Assembly: GCA_964453345.1 (NCBI GenBank) | Contig: CAYVOC010000047.1 | Location: 1 to 10,084, forward strand | Direction of reading: 5' to 3' | Length of the DNA stretch: 10,084 nucleotides | Origin: an uncultured Aquificales bacterium | Lineage (GTDB): Bacteria > Thermosulfidibacterota > Thermosulfidibacteria > Thermosulfidibacterales > Thermosulfidibacteraceae | Shown here: positions 1 to 8,456 of the stretch, one piece after another | How the letters are laid out: every line of letters begins with the position of its first letter | How positions within the stretch are numbered: position 1 is the first letter of the stretch | Translations under genes and position numbers: made by a program | Notes under the pieces: generated by a model | The model's input: the letters and a program-made list of their open reading frames with translations, nothing else | The model's database searches: none | Told to the model about the DNA's origin: nothing

Positions 1-852
1 TCAGGAATTGAAGAACCTCATCTGAGACCTTACGCTTGCAACCTCCTCCAGAACGCCCCTCAAATCCTCCCACCGGCCATTCTCAAGATCGTCAAGATAC
101 CTCTCCAGGACCCCTATAAACCTCCTCAGATCCTCCTTGATACTCTCCCTGTTACGCTTGAATATCTCTATCCACATGCGGGGCGAGCTCGCCGCTATCC
201 TGGTAAAATCCCTGAAGCCTCCGCCTGCAAAGTCAAGGGCGCTTCTCTCAGACTTCAAAACGTAGTCAACGAGAGCGTAGGCGATTATGTGGGGAAGGTG
301 GCTGACATGGGAGAAGATGCGATCGTGCAAATCCGGATCCATAAGCTCAACCCTGCTTCCAAGAAGCTCCCAGAAGAGCCTGGCCCTGACCACCTCTTCA
401 TCGCTGTTACCGGAGGGCGTTATTATGCACCTTGCACCGTCAAACAGACCCCTCACGGCGTTCATGGCCCCGCTCTTTTCCGTTCCGGCTATGGGATGAC
501 AGGGAACAAAGGAGACCCCGGCTTCATCAAACAGGGGCTTGATCCTCTTGACAACCCACCCCTTGACCGAACCCACATCCATGACAAGCTCATGGCCGGT
601 CAAAAGCTTCAGCAGTTCCTCAGAAACCGCCTCCATGGCGTCAAGGTGGGTGGCTATAACCACATAGTCGCAGCCGGCGATATCCGGACCCAGTGTTCCA
701 CGTGGAACATCGCAGAAGCCGTGGGTGACACCATACTCAAGGTTGGACTCATCGGGATCAACCGCCACTATCTCCACAGATCTATTCACAAGCTTCAGGT
801 TGAGGGCGATCGACCCACCTATAAGCCCGAATCCCACTATGCCGATTCTCAC
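1..852 (-). CDS. tyrA: Prephenate/arogenate (cyclohexadienyl) dehydrogenase, TyrA family, 283 aa, no ACT domain
   Basis: Rossmann motif GFGLIGGS; TyrA motifs DVGSVK, HPIAGTEKSG, HDxxxxxxSHLPH and GGFRDFTRIAASSPRMW. The GTG start overlaps the hisC stop (GTGA, 849-852); TGA stop at 1-3. Confidence 0.93.
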   Translation of the reverse strand: MRIGIVGFGLIGGSIALNLKLVNRSVEIVAVDPDESNLEYGVTHGFCDVPRGTLGPDIAGCDYVVIATHLDAMEAVSEELLKLLTGHELVMDVGSVKGWVVKRIKPLFDEAGVSFVPCHPIAGTEKSGAMNAVRGLFDGARCIITPSGNSDEEVVRARLFWELLGSRVELMDPDLHDRIFSHVSHLPHIIAYALVDYVLKSERSALDFAGGGFRDFTRIAASSPRMWIEIFKRNRESIKEDLRRFIGVLERYLDDLENGRWEDLRGVLEEVASVRSQMRFFNS

Positions 853-1940
853 CTGCCGAGCACCTCTTTAAGGGCTTTGACAAATGCCTCGTTCTCCTCA
901 GGCAACCCCACGGTCACCCTTATGTATTCGGGCAGAGAGTATCCATCCATGGCCCTCACAATAACGCCCCTGTCCAGAAGGGCCTCAAAGACCCTTCTTC
1001 CCTCCCCCACCTTTATGAGCAGAAAGTTGGTGTAGGTGGGAACATACTCCAGCCCCATCTCGCTCAGGGCGGCGTAGAGATACTTCAGCCCTTCCCTCAC
1101 AAGGGCGACGCTCTTTTCCACATGCTCCTGATCCTCAAGGGCGGCTATAGCGGCCTCCTGGGCCACGAGGTTGACATTGAAGGGCTGTCTTACCCTGTTC
1201 ATGTAATCAATTATAACCTCGTTGGATACAGCGTAACCTATGCGGAGCCCCGCAAGCCCGTAGGCCTTGGAGAAGGTCCTCATGAGAACCAGATTCCTAT
1301 CCCCGGACACCGCCACCTCCAGAAGGTCCGGGTAATCGTCAAAGTCCTTGGCGAACTCGTAGTAGGCCTCATCCACCACAACGATCACATCCTCAGGAAC
1401 ACGCTCTAAAAACCTCTCCACCTCCTCACCGGTCACTATGGTTCCCGTGGGATTGTTGGGATTCGCTATAAAGACCATACGGGTTCTATCAGAAATCGCA
1501 TCCGCCATGGCGGAAAGATTGTGCCTCAGATCCTCTGTAAGCGGAACCTCTACCGCCCTTAGACCCATGGCCTGGGAGATGAGCTTATACACAACAAAGG
1601 CGGGCCAGGCGTATATCACCTCATCCCCGGGCTCGAGAAAGGTCCTCATGAGTATCTCTATTATCTCGTTGGAGCCGTTTCCGAAGATGAGATTTTTGCC
1701 GGAAACCCCGAGGAACTCAGACAGCCTCTGCCTCAGATAGTAACATGCCCCATCGGGGTATCTGTGGACCTTCTCGGCGGCCCTCCTTATGGCCTCAACG
1801 GCCTTAGGAGAGGGACCAAGGGGATTCTCGTTGGAGGCAAGCTTTATGGCCCTTATGCCCTTCTCCCTCTCAAGCTCCTCTATGGGTTTTCCCGGATCAT
1901 AGGGAACAAGCCTTTCCACACCATCCCTAACCCTTATCAT
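849..1940 (-). CDS. hisC: Histidinol-phosphate aminotransferase (PLP-dependent, family I-beta), possibly also an aromatic aminotransferase, 363 aa
   Basis: Motifs KLASNENPLGPSP, GNGSNEII, NPNNPTG, DEAYYEF and the PLP-lysine motif RTFSKAYGLAGLRIGY. The ATG is 3 nt after the gatB stop. Confidence 0.94.
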   Translation of the reverse strand: MIRVRDGVERLVPYDPGKPIEELEREKGIRAIKLASNENPLGPSPKAVEAIRRAAEKVHRYPDGACYYLRQRLSEFLGVSGKNLIFGNGSNEIIEILMRTFLEPGDEVIYAWPAFVVYKLISQAMGLRAVEVPLTEDLRHNLSAMADAISDRTRMVFIANPNNPTGTIVTGEEVERFLERVPEDVIVVVDEAYYEFAKDFDDYPDLLEVAVSGDRNLVLMRTFSKAYGLAGLRIGYAVSNEVIIDYMNRVRQPFNVNLVAQEAAIAALEDQEHVEKSVALVREGLKYLYAALSEMGLEYVPTYTNFLLIKVGEGRRVFEALLDRGVIVRAMDGYSLPEYIRVTVGLPEENEAFVKALKEVLGR

Positions 1941-1943
1941 CCC

Positions 1944-3386
1944 TTACCCCTTCATGGCTTCAAGTTTCTTTCTCAAAAGCTCGTTAACAAGCTTTGGATT
2001 GGCCTTGCCTTTGGTCTTTTTCATAACCTGACCCACAAGGTATCCTATGACCTTCGTTTTGCCCTTGAGGTATTTTTCGACTTCTTCCGGACACTCGGCT
2101 ATAACCTCGTCAACGAACTTCTCCACCTCGGACTCGTCGCTTATCTGAACAAGACCCCTCTGTTTAACTATCGCCTCGGGGTCTCCACCCTCATTATACA
2201 TTATGTCAAAGACCTGCTTCCCGATCTTTCCGGATATGACCCCCTTATCTATGAGCCTCACAAGATCCGCAACCTGCCTGGGGGTTACGGGGGACTCCGT
2301 TATATCCCTTCCCTCCCTGTTCAGCCTCCCGAGCAGCTCCACCATGACCCAGTTGGCTATGGCCTTGGGATTGTTGTAGGCGGAGACCGCCTCCTCGTAA
2401 AAGTCTGCAAGCTCCCTGACCGAGCAGAGAACCTCGCTGTCGTATGCCGGAAGCCCATACTGCTTCATAAACCTTTCCTTCTTCTGATCGGGAAGCTCGG
2501 GAAGCTCGGATTTCACCCTCTCCACAAACTCCCGACTCAGAACCAGAGGGACGAGATCCGGATCCGGGAAGTATCTGTAATCCTGCTCCTCCTCCTTCTT
2601 TCTCATGGTCTCCGTTATGCCAAGGTGGGGATTCCAGAGCCTCGTCTCCTGAACAACGGTGCCCCCCTCCTCAAGAACGCCTATCTGTCTTTCGATCTCA
2701 TATTCAAGGGCCCTCTGAACGTGCCTGAAGGAGTTCATGTTCTTCAGCTCCGTCTTGGTTCCCAGCTTCTCAGACCCCTTGGGCCTCACAGACACATTGG
2801 CGTCGCAGCGAAGCTCGCCCTTCTCCATATCCGCATTGGAAACACCTATGTAGCGCATAATGGTTCTGAGCTTCTGAAGGTATAGCCTCGCCTCCTCGGG
2901 ACTCGATATATCGGGCTCGCTGACGATCTCTATCAGGGGAACACCCGCCCTGTTAAGATCCACGTAAGAGTAGGGATCATCGCCCTCGCCATGGATGTTT
3001 TTGCCCGCATCCTCCTCCATGTGAACCCTCTTTATCCTTATCCTCTTTTTGCCCTCCTTGGTCTCTATCTCCACGTATCCATCAACCGCCAGGGGCTCCT
3101 CATACTGGGATATCTGATACCCCTTGGGAAGATCAGGATAGAAGTAGTTCTTTCTGGCGAAGACGGATCGCAAGTTTATCTTACAGTTCAAAGCCAAGGC
3201 GGCCTTAACCGCATACTCAACCGCCCTCTCGTTGAGGACCGGCAGGGAACCGGGCATGCCGAGACAGACGGGACAGACATGGGTGTTGGGCGGAGCACCA
3301 AATTCGGTGCTGCAGGAGCAGAAGATCTTGCTTTTGGTCTTCAGCTGAACGTGAACCTCAAGCCCTATTACAGCCTCATACTCCAA
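1944..3386 (-). CDS. gatB: Asp-tRNA(Asn)/Glu-tRNA(Gln) amidotransferase subunit B, 480 aa
   Basis: Motifs [58 protein letters not shown] and [10 protein letters not shown], plus a YqeY-like C-terminus ([13 protein letters not shown]). TTG start with a GGAGGTG Shine-Dalgarno (SD). Confidence 0.97.
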   Translation of the reverse strand: MEYEAVIGLEVHVQLKTKSKIFCSCSTEFGAPPNTHVCPVCLGMPGSLPVLNERAVEYAVKAALALNCKINLRSVFARKNYFYPDLPKGYQISQYEEPLAVDGYVEIETKEGKKRIRIKRVHMEEDAGKNIHGEGDDPYSYVDLNRAGVPLIEIVSEPDISSPEEARLYLQKLRTIMRYIGVSNADMEKGELRCDANVSVRPKGSEKLGTKTELKNMNSFRHVQRALEYEIERQIGVLEEGGTVVQETRLWNPHLGITETMRKKEEEQDYRYFPDPDLVPLVLSREFVERVKSELPELPDQKKERFMKQYGLPAYDSEVLCSVRELADFYEEAVSAYNNPKAIANWVMVELLGRLNREGRDITESPVTPRQVADLVRLIDKGVISGKIGKQVFDIMYNEGGDPEAIVKQRGLVQISDESEVEKFVDEVIAECPEEVEKYLKGKTKVIGYLVGQVMKKTKGKANPKLVNELLRKKLEAMKG

Positions 3387-3398
3387 GGCGCACCTCCA

Positions 3399-4835
3399 TC
3401 ATAAAGAAGGTCTATGCTTTTCCCTAAAACCGAGCAGCTTCTCCAGCCTGTAGGCAACGGAGAGCAACAGATCCTCCCTGAAGCTGTCGGCCATTATCTG
3501 AAGCCCTATGGGAAGTCCCTCGTCGCTCACACCGCAGGGAATGGAGACGGCAGGAATCCCTGCAAGATTGGCGGATATGGTAAAAATATCCGAAAGATAC
3601 ATGGTTAAGGGATCGGAAACCTTTTCGCCTATCTTGAAGGCCGGGGTGGGGGAGGTGGGGGTTATTATAACATCGTAGTTCTCAAAAACCCTCTTGAAAT
3701 CCCTCTTTATCAGGGTTCTCACCTTCTTGGCCCTGAGGTAATAGGCATCATAATACCCCGATGCCAGAGAATAGGTTCCAAGCATTATTCTTCTTTTGAC
3801 CTCGTCCCCGAATCCCCGGGACCTTGTCTTGAAATACATATCAATCAGCCCGTTGTATTCCTTGGCCCTGAATCCGTATTTGACCCCGTCGTATCTCGCA
3901 AGGTTTGAAGAAGCCTCAGCCGGAGCGATGATGTAATAGGTGGCAACGGCGTATTCCGTGTGGGGAAGGGAGACCTCCTCCACCACAGCCCCCTCCCTCT
4001 CGAGCATGGAAACAGCTTCAAGAACGCTCCCTTTCACCTGCTGATCCATCCCATCGGGGAAGTATTCCTTGGGTATGGCAACCCTTATCTGCCTTTTCTC
4101 CGTCAGGGATTCCAAGAAGTTGCCCACCTCAACGGGGGCGCTTGTGGTGTCCATGGGATCCTTTCCGGAAATTATCCCCAAAAGATAGGCCGCATCCTCC
4201 ACGCACTTGGTTATGGGTCCTATCTGATCAAGGGAGGATGCGAAGGCCACAAGACCATACCTTGAAACCCTGCCGTAGGTAGGCTTCAACCCCACAACTC
4301 CGCATAAGGCTGCCGGCTGCCTTATGGAGCCACCCGTATCGGAACCGAGGGCGGCAAGGCACATATCGGCGGCAACCGCAGCGGCGGAGCCACCGGAGGA
4401 ACCTCCAGGAACCCTCTCGAGATCCCAGGGGTTTCTGGTAACGAAGAAGGCCGAATTCTCCGTTGATGAACCCATGGCGAACTCATCAAGGTTGGTCTTG
4501 CCCACAAGTATGTATCCCTCACCCTTCATCCTTGAGATGACGGTGGCATCGTAGGGGGGAATAAAGTTCTCAAGCATCCTCGAAGCACAGGTGGTTCTGA
4601 CGCCCTTGGTGCATATATTGTCCTTGACCGCTATGGGCATGTAGGCGAGAAGCCCCTTCCTTTGGGACTTCGCCTCCTCAAGGGCCCTCTCAGCCTCAAC
4701 GGTTATGTAGGCTTTGACCTTGGGGTCAACCTCCTCTATTCTCTTCAAAACCGCCTCCACAAGCTCACCCGGAGAGATCTCTCCCCTGTCAAGCAGGTTC
4801 TTTGCCTCAAGAAGCCCAAGCCGGAAAAGCTCCAT
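3399..4835 (-). CDS. gatA: Asp-tRNA(Asn)/Glu-tRNA(Gln) amidotransferase subunit A (glutaminase), 478 aa
   Basis: Amidase-signature triad motifs AVKDN, GGSSGGS and [12 protein letters not shown]; GatA-specific [22 protein letters not shown] and GYYDAYY. ATG start with a GGAGG SD. Confidence 0.97.
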   Translation of the reverse strand: MELFRLGLLEAKNLLDRGEISPGELVEAVLKRIEEVDPKVKAYITVEAERALEEAKSQRKGLLAYMPIAVKDNICTKGVRTTCASRMLENFIPPYDATVISRMKGEGYILVGKTNLDEFAMGSSTENSAFFVTRNPWDLERVPGGSSGGSAAAVAADMCLAALGSDTGGSIRQPAALCGVVGLKPTYGRVSRYGLVAFASSLDQIGPITKCVEDAAYLLGIISGKDPMDTTSAPVEVGNFLESLTEKRQIRVAIPKEYFPDGMDQQVKGSVLEAVSMLEREGAVVEEVSLPHTEYAVATYYIIAPAEASSNLARYDGVKYGFRAKEYNGLIDMYFKTRSRGFGDEVKRRIMLGTYSLASGYYDAYYLRAKKVRTLIKRDFKRVFENYDVIITPTSPTPAFKIGEKVSDPLTMYLSDIFTISANLAGIPAVSIPCGVSDEGLPIGLQIMADSFREDLLLSVAYRLEKLLGFREKHRPSL

Positions 4836-4848
4836 CTTCCTTCCTCCA

Positions 4849-7221
4849 CTAAACGTCTATGTTCTTTGCTTCCCTTGCATACATCTGTATGAATTTTCTT
4901 CTGGGGGCCACCTCATCCCCCATGAGAATGGAAAAGATCCTGTCCGCCTCTTCCGCATCCTCAACGGTCACCCTTTTGAGCCTCCTGGTGGCGGGATTCA
5001 TGGTGGTCTCCCAGAGCTGCTCCGGATTCATCTCACCAAGACCCTTGTAGCGCTGTATCTCCGCTCCCTTCCTTCCCACATCCAGAATGGCCCCGTAGAG
5101 CCTGTCTATGCCCGGTATCTCCATTTCTTCCCTGCCCGATATAATCCTGAGCCTTTTACCCGAATACCTGTCAAGTTCCCTCACAAGCTCAGAGAATCTC
5201 TTGAACCTCGGTGTTGAAACAAAGTCCTTATCCACAACCGTGACCCTATCGCCGGGACCAAGGACGGTGATCCTTTTAAAACCTGCCTCATCCGGCTCAA
5301 CCTCCACCCTCTCCACATCAAACTCCGCCCTTATGCTGTCAACAAACTCTTCCAGTCCCTCACCCCTCAGAAGGGCCAGCACATCCTGAACCCTGGCGAA
5401 TCTGGCGATAATGTCGGGATCCTTTCCCCTGTTAACAAACTTGGTCCTGAGTCTGCCGTATTCCCTCACCTTGGAGAGAAGATTCTTCAGAGCATCCCCC
5501 TCCAGCACCTCCCCGTTCAAAAGCACCTTTATGGACCTTATACCCTCCTCAAAGAGGAAGTTCTCAAGCTCCTCATCGTCCTGGCAATAGACCTCTTTTT
5601 TGCCCTTTTTCACCCGGTATAGGGGAGGCAGCGCCACATAGACATGGCCCTCCTCAACAAGCCTTCTCATCTTCCTGAAGAAGAAGGTAAGAAGCAGGGT
5701 CCTTATGTGGGCACCGTCCACATCCGCATCGGTCATGATGATTATCTTGTGGTATCTGAGCTTGCTGAGGTCAAAGTCCGCATCCTCCACACCCGCACCC
5801 AGGGCGAGGATGATGTTCTTTATCTCCTGATTCGATAGAACCTTGTCCACCCTCGCCTTCTCAACATTCAGAATTTTACCCTTCAGGGGCAAAATGGCCT
5901 GGAAGGATCTGTCCCTCCCCTGCTTGGCGGATCCCCCCGCAGATTCACCCTCAACTATAAAAAGCTCCCTCTTCTTGGGGTCCTTTTCGGAACAGTCCGC
6001 AAGCTTTCCGGGAAGGGCAGCTCCCTCAACCTTCGTCTTCTTTCTGACAAGCTCCTTGGCCTTTCTCGCAGCCTCCCTCGCCTTGGCAGCCGCAAGGGCC
6101 TTTTCCACTATGAGTTTGCCGACATCCGGGTGCCTTTCAAGAAAATCCGTAAGCTCCTCGGCAAAGAGCACCTCCACTATGCCCTTAACTTCAGAATTGC
6201 CCAGCTTGGTCTTGGTCTGCCCCTCAAACTGAGGGTTGGGCACCTTAACGCTTATGACTGCTGTAAGCCCCTCCCTCAGATCATCTCCCGTAAGGGTCCC
6301 CTTTATGCCCTTAAGAAGACCGTTCTTCTGGGCAAAGCTGTTTATGCACCTGGTGAAGGCCGCCTTGAAACCGCTAACATGGGTTCCGCCGTCAACAGTC
6401 CTTATGTTGTTGGCGAAGGAGTAGAGGGTCTCGGTGTATCCGGTGTTGTGCTGGAAGGCTATCTCCACGATAACATCCTGACTTTCCCGCTTCATGTAGA
6501 AGATCTGATTATACAGGGGGGTCTTACCCTCGTTGAGATACTCAACAAGGGACTTTATACCGCCCTCATACAGAAAGACCTCTTCCTTGTCGGTCCTCTC
6601 ATCCCTGAGAACTATCCTCAAGCCGGGATTGAGGAAGGCAAGCTCCCTCAGTCTATTGGCCACATAGTCGTAGCTTATGTTTATATCGGGAAAGATCTCC
6701 CTGTCGGGAAGAAAGGAGACCTTGGTTCCGGTCTTGGAGGTTTCACCTATAACCTCAAGATCCGTAACGGGCCTTCCCCTCTCGTAGCGCTGCCTGTAGA
6801 TCTTCCCGCCCCTTCTTACCTCCACCTCAAGCCACTCGGACAGAGCGTTCACCACGGAAACGCCAACACCGTGAAGACCACCTGACACCTTATACACGGA
6901 GGAATCGAACTTCCCTCCGGCATGGAGGGTGGTCATAACCACCTCAACCGCGGGTCTACCGGCCTCCGGGTGTATATCCACCGGGATGCCCCTTCCGTCA
7001 TCAATCACGGTCACCGAATTATCAATGTGGATGATCACCTCTATGTTCTTGCAAAAGCCCGCCACAGCCTCATCAACGCTGTTGTCCACCACCTCAAAGA
7101 TGAGATGGTGAACCCCCTTGAAGTCCGTGCTGCCTATATACATGGCGGGCCTTTTCCGGACCGCCTCGATACCGTCAAGAATCCTTATCTGACCCGCTGT
7201 ATAGGTATCCGCATCCCTCAA
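4849..7221 (-). CDS. gyrB: DNA gyrase subunit B (type IIA topoisomerase B subunit), long form with a C-terminal insert, 790 aa
   Basis: GHKL ATPase motifs [16 protein letters not shown] and [32 protein letters not shown] motifs [13 protein letters not shown] and [27 protein letters not shown]-terminal NIDV. Its position next to dnaN favours gyrB over parE. TTG start at 7219-7221. Confidence 0.93.
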   Translation of the reverse strand: MRDADTYTAGQIRILDGIEAVRKRPAMYIGSTDFKGVHHLIFEVVDNSVDEAVAGFCKNIEVIIHIDNSVTVIDDGRGIPVDIHPEAGRPAVEVVMTTLHAGGKFDSSVYKVSGGLHGVGVSVVNALSEWLEVEVRRGGKIYRQRYERGRPVTDLEVIGETSKTGTKVSFLPDREIFPDINISYDYVANRLRELAFLNPGLRIVLRDERTDKEEVFLYEGGIKSLVEYLNEGKTPLYNQIFYMKRESQDVIVEIAFQHNTGYTETLYSFANNIRTVDGGTHVSGFKAAFTRCINSFAQKNGLLKGIKGTLTGDDLREGLTAVISVKVPNPQFEGQTKTKLGNSEVKGIVEVLFAEELTDFLERHPDVGKLIVEKALAAAKAREAARKAKELVRKKTKVEGAALPGKLADCSEKDPKKRELFIVEGESAGGSAKQGRDRSFQAILPLKGKILNVEKARVDKVLSNQEIKNIILALGAGVEDADFDLSKLRYHKIIIMTDADVDGAHIRTLLLTFFFRKMRRLVEEGHVYVALPPLYRVKKGKKEVYCQDDEELENFLFEEGIRSIKVLLNGEVLEGDALKNLLSKVREYGRLRTKFVNRGKDPDIIARFARVQDVLALLRGEGLEEFVDSIRAEFDVERVEVEPDEAGFKRITVLGPGDRVTVVDKDFVSTPRFKRFSELVRELDRYSGKRLRIISGREEMEIPGIDRLYGAILDVGRKGAEIQRYKGLGEMNPEQLWETTMNPATRRLKRVTVEDAEEADRIFSILMGDEVAPRRKFIQMYAREAKNIDV

Positions 7222-7223
7222 GG

Positions 7224-8360
7224 CTACTCCTCCAGCTTAAGAGGCATTATAACATGCTGATAGTCCGGGACCTCATCGGATGTGATTTTAACAGGCCACA
7301 TGGCCTCGCCCGTGGATACTCTAACAAACTCTGCATCAAAGGCGTTCAGCGCCTCCATGAGATACTTCGCACTCAGACCGAAGACGAAATCCGTTCCCCT
7401 GCACTCGGTAACCTCTATCTCCTGGGAAGCGACCCCGGTAAACCCGGTCTCAGAGGAGGAATAGGAGGAGACCACAATGCAGGACTCATCGGGTTTAAAC
7501 TCTATCCTTATGCCCTTGACCTTGTCCTCCGAAAAGAGGGAAACCCTCTTTGCCGCCCGCATGAACTCCTGGGAGGATATAACAAACTCCTTGTCAAAGT
7601 CCTCCGGCAGGACCCTTCTGTAGTTGGGATACCTTCCCTCAAGAACCCTGCTGAATATCTGAACGTTACCGGCCTTCATGTAGAAGTGGTTTTCGGAAAA
7701 GCCCACCTCTACCGCATCCACCTCCGCCTTCTTCTCAAGGACCTTTCTGATCTCCTGAACGCCCTTCTTGGGAATTATCATCTCAAAGTCCTCCGCCTCC
7801 AGCCCCTCAACCCTCCTTTCGACCAAGGACATCCTGTGCCCGTCGGTGGAGACAAAACTCAAAAGATCTCCCTCCTTCTTAAAAAGCATACCCATAAGGG
7901 GCATGGAGACGGCGTCCGTGGCAATGGAAAAGTAAACCTTATCCAAGGAATCAAGAAAGACGTCCCTGTTCAAAAGTATGGTCCTTTCGGGAGGAGAGGG
8001 GAAATCGGGGAATTCCTCCACATCCAGCACAGGCAGATCCGCCTTTATCTTTTCAACGGAGATTTGCAGGGTTCCTGCCTCTGTGGTCTGTATGCTTAAG
8101 GGCAGATCCGGAAGCTCCTTCACAAAATCCGCAAGCCTCTTGGCCGAAACGGCAAGCCTCAAGGGCTCCTCTATCTCCGCCCATATCTGGATTATGGCGC
8201 TTTCCTCAAGGTTGGTGGCCCTTATCAAGAGAGAGTCTTCAGAAGCGGTTTCGAGGACAACGGACGTAAGAACAGGATTTATGGCCTTTTTTTCCACTAT
8301 TCCCTGAACAAGCTGGAGCGCAGCCAGAAAGGATCCCCTATCGGTCAAACATCTGCCCAT
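7224..8360 (-). CDS. dnaN: DNA polymerase III beta sliding clamp, 378 aa (start moved from the ORF-track 8375 to the ATG at 8360)
   Basis: Clamp motifs [35 protein letters not shown] and C-terminal VIMPLKL. It lies directly downstream of dnaA. A GGAGGT SD sits 5 nt before the ATG at 8360. Confidence 0.95.
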   Translation of the reverse strand: MGRCLTDRGSFLAALQLVQGIVEKKAINPVLTSVVLETASEDSLLIRATNLEESAIIQIWAEIEEPLRLAVSAKRLADFVKELPDLPLSIQTTEAGTLQISVEKIKADLPVLDVEEFPDFPSPPERTILLNRDVFLDSLDKVYFSIATDAVSMPLMGMLFKKEGDLLSFVSTDGHRMSLVERRVEGLEAEDFEMIIPKKGVQEIRKVLEKKAEVDAVEVGFSENHFYMKAGNVQIFSRVLEGRYPNYRRVLPEDFDKEFVISSQEFMRAAKRVSLFSEDKVKGIRIEFKPDESCIVVSSYSSSETGFTGVASQEIEVTECRGTDFVFGLSAKYLMEALNAFDAEFVRVSTGEAMWPVKITSDEVPDYQHVIMPLKLEE

Positions 8361-8390
8361 GGGCAACCTCCACAAGGGTTTGCCTGAAAG

Positions 8391-8420
8391 ATACTAAAGC
8401 TAATTTCTCTTTTTATCAAT
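8391..8420. other. AT-rich tract, candidate DNA unwinding element
   Basis: ATACTAAAGCTAATTTCTCTTTTTATCAAT is 24 of 30 nt A/T, whereas the flanking coding DNA is roughly half G+C by eye. It lies near the trio array. Confidence 0.65.
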
Positions 8421-8431
8421 CTTGTAGCTCG

Positions 8432-8443
8432 TAGTAGTAATAG
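8432..8443 (+). repeat. DnaA-trio array TAG-TAG-TAA-TAG (3'-GAT-5' trinucleotide repeats)
   Basis: Four in-register trinucleotides between the perfect DnaA box at 8457-8465 and the AT-rich tract, on the strand and side expected from the Bacillus subtilis basal unwinding system. Confidence 0.75.
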
Positions 8444-8456
8444 GTCATCTTTATTC

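Noticed and set aside
289..1035. 248-aa plus-strand ORF opposite tyrA and hisC
   Set aside because: Shadow ORF with no domain signal.
1764..2885. 373-aa plus-strand ORF opposite gatB and hisC
   Set aside because: It is antisense to conserved genes, Leu/Pro/His-rich with no recognisable motif; a typical shadow ORF caused by sense-strand codon bias.
3643..3661. G-run GGGGTGGGGGAGGTGGGGG (possible G-quadruplex)
   Set aside because: It is explained by Pro codons of the conserved GatA PTSPTP motif on the other strand.
6130..8099. 251-aa and 281-aa plus-strand ORFs opposite gyrB and dnaN
   Set aside because: They lie within essential genes on the other strand and show the same shadow-ORF composition.
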